From assembly GCA_041640655.1 (NCBI GenBank), contig JBEPZV010000062.1, forward strand, positions 1 to 12,581: a stretch of DNA of 12,581 nt, read 5' to 3'. This document shows positions 6,316-12,581 of this stretch, in pieces. The DNA comes from a bacterium (GTDB lineage Bacteria; Acidobacteriota; Blastocatellia; HR10). How positions within the stretch are numbered: the stretch's first letter is position 1; each line of letters opens with the position of its first letter. A program made the position numbers and the translations under genes. A model generated the notes under the pieces. The model worked only from the letters and a program-made list of their open reading frames with translations, was not told where the DNA came from and ran no database searches.

Positions 6316-8688
6316 ATGGTTTCGCCAGCTCACGACGATCGGCTCGCGCAGATGGCCACGCCCGAACGGATCTTCCACCGGACGATCGAGATCCTGGAAT
6401 GCACGCGACAGCTCGCGGTTCTGAATGTGATCGCGGCGACCACCTCTCGCGAGATGGACTTGAGCGTTTTGCTCCAAGAGGCTCTAGATCGCCTTCTCAC
6501 GCTCCTTCCTTTTGAGGCGGGGGCGATCTATCTGCCGGAGGAACCCCTTCGACGCCCGTCGGATCATTCGGATGCCTCCCGCACGCTGCGGTTGCGCTGC
6601 TCGCGCGGCATTCCCCAGAGCCTCGTGGAGATGCTCGAACGCGTGCCTCTGGGCGAAGGACCGATCGGCGAAGTCGCCGTCGTCGGCGAGCCGCTCTGGC
6701 TGGAGGTCTCGGCCGTCGAACCCCTCTCATATCGGAATCTGATCCGGCGCGCGGGCTTCCGCACGTTCGTCCTCATCCCTCTTCGCGCGGGAGACCACTC
6801 GACGGGTGTGCTGCTTCTGGCGAGCCAACACCCCGCGCCGGCGATCCATCCCGATTCTCTCTCGCCCGAATCCCTCGATGGAGGCATTCGCGCGGGCGAT
6901 GCTCCGACGGGGCCCCGCCTGGCCTTCTTCTCGGCGCTCGGCCACCTTCTGGGGACGGCGATCGAGAACGCGCGCCGATACCGACAGATGGCCGAACGCT
7001 TTGAGCGCGAGCGCCGGCGGACGGACCTCTGGCAACGCGCCAGCCGCATCGTGACGACGCTCGGAGCACGTCTCCTCTCAGGACTGACACACGCCACCTC
7101 AGGACCGTCGAGCGAGGTGCTGGCCGAAGCATGCCGCTTGATTCACGACGCCTTCGGCTTCCCGAACATCTCTCTCTTCCTCCTGGACGAATCAGCGCAA
7201 GAGCTGACGCTCGTAGCGACGCAGAGCCGATATGCCCGCCCGGCTCCCCTCGGGTATCGGCAGAGCATCTACGTCGGCACGCTCGGCTGGGTCGCTCGCC
7301 ATGGAGAAATGCTCCTGGCCAACGAGGTCTCCACCGAACCCCGCTTCGTTCGCTACCACGCGGAGACGCAGGCGGAACTCGATCTCCCGCTGATCGGCGA
7401 CGGCCGCGTCGCCGGCGTCCTGAGCATCGAGAGCGATCGCGCATATGCGTTCACCGAGGACGATGTCGCCGTCCTTCGCTTCATCGCCGATCACCTCTCC
7501 CTCGCCCTCGAATACGCGCGCCTCGCGGCGACGCTCCAGCGGCGACTCGAGCGCGCGCTCGAATCCGATCAACTCCACCGATCGGTGATCGAAGCCGTCG
7601 AGGAAGGGATCGTGCTCGTGCAGGATCGAGCCATTCGCTACGCGAACCCGCGCATGGCCGCGCTCACGGGCTTCTCCATCGGAGACCTGCTCGCCCTGCC
7701 CGGCTTCCTGAGCCTCGTCCGAGAAGAGGATCGGGATCGCGCGCGCTCGCTCCTGGAGGTGAGCGAGCGCAGCTCTCGCCGCCCAGAGATCGAGCTGCGA
7801 CTCATGCGAAAGAGTGATGGAGAGATCACCGTCCGCGCGCGGGCCGTCCCTCTCGAACACGAGGGGAGGCCCGCCGTGTGCCTGATCCTGAGCGAGAAGA
7901 AGGGCGAATCGCCATCCATCGAGCCGCGTCTTCAAGCGGAGACGCTCGCCGCTTTGGAGCAATTCGTCTCGGGCATCGCCCACGAGCTGAACAATCCGCT
8001 CACCAGCGTGCTCGGATACGCCGAGCTGCTGCTCGCTCACGAGCCCCTGAGCGAGAGCGCGCGCCGTGATCTTCGAACGATCGTGGACCAAGCGCAGCGC
8101 GCCAAGAAGGTCATCCAGAGCCTGCTCACCCTCGCCCGCTTCTACCGGCTGGAGAAGAGCGCGATGGATGTCAACGAGGTCCTTCGCGCCGCGCTGGACG
8201 CGTATCGTGCGCGCACTCCCTCCAGCCCCCTCCGCGTGATCCTGAACCTCGCCCCGAATCTCCCCCGGATTTGGGCGGATCGAAGTCTCCTGGAGCAGGT
8301 CTTCAACAACATCATCCTCAATGCCGAGCATGCCGTCCGGCAGGCGCGCGGGCACGGGACGCTGTGGATCGAGACGCGCCTGAAGCGATCGCATGGCGAA
8401 GAGCCCCCCTGCGACGCGATCGAAATTCGCTTCACCGATGATGGTCCGGGCATCCCGGCCGCACACCTGCAGCGCATCTTTGACCCCTTCTTCACCACGA
8501 AGCCACCCGGCATGGGGACCGGGCTGGGACTCTCCATCTGTCACGGGATCATCAAGGAGCACGGGGGAGAGATTTACGCGCTCAGCCAAGAGGGGCACGG
8601 GGCGACCTTCGTCATCGAGCTTCCCCTCTCCCCCACGACGGAATCACACATTCCCCCTCCGATGACCGAAGCGCCCTCGCCGAGGTGA
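6316..8688 (+). CDS. Cytoplasmic sensor histidine kinase, GAF-GAF-PAS-HisKA-HATPase (~790 aa), no receiver domain
   Basis: Start at ATG 6316 behind GAGGGAGG. GAF1 (VPLGEGPIGEVA...IPLRAGDHSTGVL), GAF2 (GTLGWVARHGE...LPLIGDGRVAGVLSIES...FTEDD), PAS (IRYANPRMAALTG), H-box IAHELNNPL, N-box QVFNNIILNAEHA, G1 DDGPGI, F-box IFDPFFTTK, G2 GTGLGLSI. No transmembrane segment seen. Confidence 0.95.
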   Translation: MVSPAHDDRLAQMATPERIFHRTIEILECTRQLAVLNVIAATTSREMDLSVLLQEALDRLLTLLPFEAGAIYLPEEPLRRPSDHSDASRTLRLRCSRGIPQSLVEMLERVPLGEGPIGEVAVVGEPLWLEVSAVEPLSYRNLIRRAGFRTFVLIPLRAGDHSTGVLLLASQHPAPAIHPDSLSPESLDGGIRAGDAPTGPRLAFFSALGHLLGTAIENARRYRQMAERFERERRRTDLWQRASRIVTTLGARLLSGLTHATSGPSSEVLAEACRLIHDAFGFPNISLFLLDESAQELTLVATQSRYARPAPLGYRQSIYVGTLGWVARHGEMLLANEVSTEPRFVRYHAETQAELDLPLIGDGRVAGVLSIESDRAYAFTEDDVAVLRFIADHLSLALEYARLAATLQRRLERALESDQLHRSVIEAVEEGIVLVQDRAIRYANPRMAALTGFSIGDLLALPGFLSLVREEDRDRARSLLEVSERSSRRPEIELRLMRKSDGEITVRARAVPLEHEGRPAVCLILSEKKGESPSIEPRLQAETLAALEQFVSGIAHELNNPLTSVLGYAELLLAHEPLSESARRDLRTIVDQAQRAKKVIQSLLTLARFYRLEKSAMDVNEVLRAALDAYRARTPSSPLRVILNLAPNLPRIWADRSLLEQVFNNIILNAEHAVRQARGHGTLWIETRLKRSHGEEPPCDAIEIRFTDDGPGIPAAHLQRIFDPFFTTKPPGMGTGLGLSICHGIIKEHGGEIYALSQEGHGATFVIELPLSPTTESHIPPPMTEAPSPR

Positions 8689-8712
8689 ACGCTTCGGGTC
8701 GCGCGCCCGGGC

Positions 8713-9819
8713 TCACGGGAGATTCAACGGGAGCGAGGGATTGCGCAAAAAGGTCGTTCCGAGCGCCCGATAGCGCCGGACCAGGGGAGCGAAGGAGACA
8801 GCCCGACCCTGCTCTCGCCGGAGCAACTGCAGGAATAACCGAGCGTGCAGCTCCTCCAGGCGGAAGCCGAACCGACGAGCGCGCTCCCACGCCGCGCGAA
8901 AATAGCGTTCGGCCCGCGCGCACTCGCCCTGCAACAGGAGGAGTTCTCCCACTCCGAGCCCCGTGTAGATCCCCCCGCGCACATCGCGCGTCTTCCGGAA
9001 GAGCCGATCGGCCTCTCGAAAGTCGGCGCGAGCGCGCTCATACTGGCCGAGCATCTTGTACGCCGTTGCCTCGCCCCAGAGCGTATAGGCGTAACTCACC
9101 TCATCGCCGATGGCGCGATACAGGGCCGTGGCGCGCGCGAAGAAGTCCAGAGCGCGATCGTAATCTCCTCGCATGCGGTGAGCGTTGGCGATGCCGCAGA
9201 AGGAATACGCGCGCCCGAAGGTGTCGCGCAGGCGTCGGAACCGTCCGTTCGCTTCCGTGTAGAAGGCGAAGGACGCCTCATACCGCCCCATCACGCGCGA
9301 GACGCCGCCGAGTCCGCACAAGGCATAGGCTGCCCCCACGCGATCGCCCGCACGCTCGTATCGGCTCAGGGCCTCGCGAAAGCTCCGATACGCGGCGCGC
9401 AGATCGCCGCGCAGGCGGAACACCCCGCCCCGCGCCCAGAACAGATACGCGCGCCCCAGCTCATCCCCCATGCTCCGATACCAGCGCTCGGCCTCGCGAA
9501 ACAGACGGAGGGCTTCGGACAACTCCCCAAGAGCCCGCGCGGCCATCCCCTCGCCGACGCGCGCGTCGGCGAGGCTCACGCCATCGCTCAGCACGCGCGC
9601 CAGGTGCGCCGCGCGCTGATACGCGCGCCGAGCATGCCAGAACCGCCCGATGAGCCGCAGACAATGTCCCCGCGCCAGCGCGCATTCCATGAGCCCTCGC
9701 TCATCCCCCTCCCGCTCGAATGCCCGCTGCGCCTCTCGATAGAGATCGAGCGCCTCCGCGAACGCCCCCCTCTGCCGCTCCCGTTCCGCGATGGCGAAGA
9801 GACGACGCCCGGATCGCAT
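8713..9819 (-). CDS. Tetratricopeptide-repeat protein with about eight 40-aa repeats (~368 aa)
   Basis: Regular 40-aa period, e.g. ELSEALRLFREAERWYRSMGDELGRAYLFWARGGVFRLRG / DLRAAYRSFREALSRYERAGDRVGAAYALCGLGGVSRVMG. ATG 9819 is preceded by GAGGGGGTGAGGGG. The ORF-track start at 9888 overlaps the upstream gene. Confidence 0.88.
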   Translation of the reverse strand: MRSGRRLFAIAERERQRGAFAEALDLYREAQRAFEREGDERGLMECALARGHCLRLIGRFWHARRAYQRAAHLARVLSDGVSLADARVGEGMAARALGELSEALRLFREAERWYRSMGDELGRAYLFWARGGVFRLRGDLRAAYRSFREALSRYERAGDRVGAAYALCGLGGVSRVMGRYEASFAFYTEANGRFRRLRDTFGRAYSFCGIANAHRMRGDYDRALDFFARATALYRAIGDEVSYAYTLWGEATAYKMLGQYERARADFREADRLFRKTRDVRGGIYTGLGVGELLLLQGECARAERYFRAAWERARRFGFRLEELHARLFLQLLRREQGRAVSFAPLVRRYRALGTTFLRNPSLPLNLP

Positions 9820-9865
9820 CCCCCTCACCCCCTCACGATGGCCATGCCGCGAACACCATTCGCGC

Positions 9866-11185
9866 TCACGACGTGGACGACTCGCCACGCTCCAGGGCGA
9901 CCCGCACGAGTGTCAACAGCTCCTCCAACGTACACGGCTTGGGAAGATGTAAGCTCCCCGTCTCGCGGAGGAAGTCGAGCACTTGCGCGCTCAGGACGTC
10001 TCCGGTCAAAAAGACCATGCGGCGCGCGACCGAGGGGGCGACGCGCTGGAAATGCTCATATAACTCGATCCCCCCCGTTCCCGGCATGCGGAGATCGGCG
10101 ATGATCAGATCGTAGTGCTTCCGCTCGATCAAAGAGAGCGCCGCCTCCCCATCGAGCGCCACATCCACATCGTACTGAGCCGCGCGGAGCGCACGCGCGA
10201 TCAGTTCGGCCACCGGTCGCTCATCGTCCACGACGAGAATGCTCTTGGGTTCGGCGAGTGGTTCGGCCCCCTCCTCGCGCGCGGCCGCGACACGCTCCTC
10301 GCGCTCATCCGCCAGGGTCAGCTCTCGACGGACATAGCGCGTCAACGCGCGTACGTCCTCGATGGCCGATCGCGCTTCCCGCTTGATCAGTTCCAGCGGC
10401 TCTTCGGCCTCGGGAGCTCCGACCGATTGGCGCGCCAGTTGCGCGTGCAGATGAATGCTCGTCAGCCGATTGTTGATCTCATGCGCCATCTGCGAGAGCG
10501 TCCCCACCAGAGCGGTCACGCGATGAGCGATCCCCATCTGCTCTCGCGCCAGCTCATACCGCAGCGAGATCTCCATCGAGAAGGCCTCGGCCATGAGCCG
10601 GACCACCTCCCGCACCTGATCCAGGCGCTCGCGCGCGAGCGCCATTTCACGCGCGCGCCGGTGGCTCTCTCGAAGAGAGGGACGACCGCCCGGAAAGAGC
10701 GCCTCCAGCACCTCCTCCGCGAAGAAGTTCTCGATCGGGAAGGCCGCCACCGTGATGGCCGCCTTCGGATACGCACGCCCTTGGCTCACCAGGAGGATGG
10801 GGCAACTCCAGAGCGTCCGCCGTCCGCCGACGCAATCGGCGACGATGGGCCGTCGCTCTCGCATCGCACGTAGCGATGCGCGCCAGGTGTCGCCGAGGCA
10901 TCGGGAGAGCCCCGTCGTCGCTTCCTGCAGCGCGTTCAGCTCCCGACACAAAGGCGAGTGCACGAGCATCGGTTCCTGATCGGGGCGAATCGGCGTGGGG
11001 AGCGCCTCGTCGTAGAGGTAAACGGAAGCCTCCATCTGAGTGAGCGCGCTCAGGCACATCTGCGCCTGCACGAGCCGTTGCGGATCGAGCAGCGCGTCCA
11101 GGGGAACACGATCCGGGGGCAGGAGATTCCCCGAAGCATCCGCGCATCGCCGCACATCGAAGGTCCATTCGCGCTCGAGCATCAT
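9866..11185 (-). CDS. PocR-like sensor / HisKA / receiver protein lacking an HATPase domain (~439 aa)
   Basis: Start ATG ATG at 11185/11182 behind GAGGGAAGAGGG. PocR-like Cys pattern SPLC...GLSRCLGD...PIVADCVGG...CPI, H-box MAHEINNRL, and receiver ILVVDDE...DLIIADLRMP...FLTG...LPKP. The ORF-track N-terminal 222 aa overlap the PP2C gene and look spurious. Confidence 0.85.
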   Translation of the reverse strand: MMLEREWTFDVRRCADASGNLLPPDRVPLDALLDPQRLVQAQMCLSALTQMEASVYLYDEALPTPIRPDQEPMLVHSPLCRELNALQEATTGLSRCLGDTWRASLRAMRERRPIVADCVGGRRTLWSCPILLVSQGRAYPKAAITVAAFPIENFFAEEVLEALFPGGRPSLRESHRRAREMALARERLDQVREVVRLMAEAFSMEISLRYELAREQMGIAHRVTALVGTLSQMAHEINNRLTSIHLHAQLARQSVGAPEAEEPLELIKREARSAIEDVRALTRYVRRELTLADEREERVAAAREEGAEPLAEPKSILVVDDERPVAELIARALRAAQYDVDVALDGEAALSLIERKHYDLIIADLRMPGTGGIELYEHFQRVAPSVARRMVFLTGDVLSAQVLDFLRETGSLHLPKPCTLEELLTLVRVALERGESSTS

Positions 11186-11267
11186 CCCTCTTCCCTCGCG
11201 CAGCCTCCCGAGCCCATTCCGGACGAGCGACCGGCCCCTGGTCTTCGCATGCGCATTCGCGCTTCGT

Positions 11268-12581
11268 TCATCGTCCTTCTGCCGATCCCACCGCAGCGGT
11301 GGACATTCGAATATACTGCCGCATGGATTCGCGAGCGCGCGACGGCTCTCCCGCCGCCTCCCATGCGGCCGCGGCGAAGAGCCAATTCTCCTCCGGTCCC
11401 CGAAGTTCCGCAGCGCGCTGAAAGCTCTCGGCCGCCTCGCGATATCGGCCGAGGGCGAACCGCACCCTGCCCAACCAGTGGGGATAGAGGCTGTTCGAGG
11501 GGTCCAAGCGCATCCCCTCCTCCAGCAGTCGCTCGGCCTCGGCATATTGACCGACGCGAAAACTCCGAATCGCGCGATCCAAGTGCGCATGCGCGCGCTC
11601 GGCCATCGAGAGCGAGGGGATCTGGCCCTCCGCGCGCCGTCGCTCGACGACCATTCCAGCGAGGAAGAGCACGACCGCCCCGAGAAGCGCCACGAGGATC
11701 GCCGCCCCATAGACGCGCCCGAGATGCCGGAAGCGTTCGATGAGCGCTCGGGATGAGGGAGGCTCCAGAGCGCGCACCTCACGGTCGTCCGGCGAGATCG
11801 AGCGAGCCTCCGGGGGAGAGGCCGGATGCTCGCCTCCCCTCCACGCACCACCCCCTCGCGACCGCTCCGAACGCGCGCGTACGGCGTCCACGCGCACGAC
11901 GATGGCCGTGAAGTTGTCCCGCGCGCCGCGTTCGTAGCACCACTCTTTGAGCCGATCGCATGCGCGCTGCGGATCCGACTCGCGCACCAGGAGATCCTGC
12001 AGCTCCTCGTCGGTCACGTGACGCGTGATCCCATCCGTGCAGAGCAGAAAGGTCGTATTCGGCTCCAGCCCGATCTTCTTCACATCCGGAATGACCTCCT
12101 CGCCAATCCCCAACGCGCGCGTGAGGACGTACTTCTTCGTGTATTCGAGGATGGAGACCCCTCCCAGATGCTCCGCTTCCACAAGTGTGTGATCAATCGT
12201 CTCGCGATAGAGCTTTCCCGAGGCGAACCGATAGACGCGACTATCGCCGACATGGCAGATGATCGCGTGCCGGGGCTCCAGCAACAGCAGCGCCAGCGTC
12301 GTGGCCATGCCGCTCAACGGCTCTTCGCTCACCGCCATCTCCCGAAGGGAGCTGTTCAGGTAGGCGATCACTTGTTCCAAATAGCGCACGCGATCCCCCC
12401 GCACCCGTCGGGAGAAGTGCTCGCGCAAGACCTCCATCGCCATCCGACTGGCGATCTCTCCGGCGTTCTGCCCCCCCACGCCATCGGCGACGGCGAAGAG
12501 CCCCGCTTCCTCCACGATCAGGAAACTGTCCTCGTTCACCGGGCGACGAGGATTCAATCCCCGATCCGAGACGAAGCCGTA
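11268..12581 (-). CDS. PP2C/PPM-family Ser/Thr phosphatase (Stp1/PrpC-like) with a transmembrane helix and C-terminal TPRs; 5' end outside the window
   Basis: Frame is open to the window edge (YGFVSDRGLNPRRPVNEDS). Motifs VADGVGG, HVGDSR, LTRALG, LCTDGIT and DNFT. Hydrophobic VYGAAILVALLGAVVLFLAGMVV, then TPR-like GQYAEAERLLEEGMRLDPSN...LGRVRFALGRYREAAESFQRA. Confidence 0.92.
   Translation of the reverse strand, partial: YGFVSDRGLNPRRPVNEDSFLIVEEAGLFAVADGVGGQNAGEIASRMAMEVLREHFSRRVRGDRVRYLEQVIAYLNSSLREMAVSEEPLSGMATTLALLLLEPRHAIICHVGDSRVYRFASGKLYRETIDHTLVEAEHLGGVSILEYTKKYVLTRALGIGEEVIPDVKKIGLEPNTTFLLCTDGITRHVTDEELQDLLVRESDPQRACDRLKEWCYERGARDNFTAIVVRVDAVRARSERSRGGGAWRGGEHPASPPEARSISPDDREVRALEPPSSRALIERFRHLGRVYGAAILVALLGAVVLFLAGMVVERRRAEGQIPSLSMAERAHAHLDRAIRSFRVGQYAEAERLLEEGMRLDPSNSLYPHWLGRVRFALGRYREAAESFQRAAELRGPEENWLFAAAAWEAAGEPSRARESMRQYIRMSTAAVGSAEGR

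Noticed and set aside
8689..8712. Possible bidirectional terminator between the kinase and TPR genes
   Set aside because: Only a short CGGG/CCCG stem with no U-tract on either strand.
7192..10873. Long alternative ORFs (7192-8598 -, 8685-9653 +, 8845-10104 +, 10115-10873 +)
   Set aside because: Antisense shadows of well-supported genes with no recognisable domains.
11186..11851. 222-aa N-terminal extension of the PocR-HisKA-REC ORF, or a possible frameshift fusion with PP2C
   Set aside because: Arg/Ser-rich off-frame reading of the PP2C gene. PP2C has its own coherent TPR end and stop, the downstream gene has its own SD, and I saw no slippery site.
1..12581. CRISPR arrays, tRNA/rRNA genes, IS elements, prophage or defence genes
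   Set aside because: No regularly spaced repeats, cloverleaf, transposase, integrase or nuclease motifs seen. The TPR protein lacks the NTPase or effector domains that would suggest an Avs or CHAT system.

Overview
GC-rich bacterial chromosomal window with no mobile element, CRISPR array or RNA gene that I can support. An Oar-type TonB receptor plus ttuA suggests a possibly thermophilic Acidobacteriota-like host (inference only). Left to right: the 3' tail of a ThiS/MoaD (TtuB-like) sulfur carrier whose Gly-Gly is masked by an LVGV extension, coupled to a ttuA-type tRNA thiolase (+); an Oar-like TonB-dependent receptor, yceI and a two-motif CDGSH [2Fe-2S] protein (-); a divergent promoter region dense in GTGA/TCAC motifs; a GAF-GAF-PAS histidine kinase with no receiver (+); and a convergent (-) run encoding a membrane-anchored PP2C-TPR phosphatase, a PocR-HisKA-REC protein that lacks its ATPase domain, and a 40-aa-repeat TPR protein. 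The best candidates for something new are this split-kinase/PP2C/TPR signalling cluster and the masked TtuB. All family calls come from reading motifs by eye; no searches were run.
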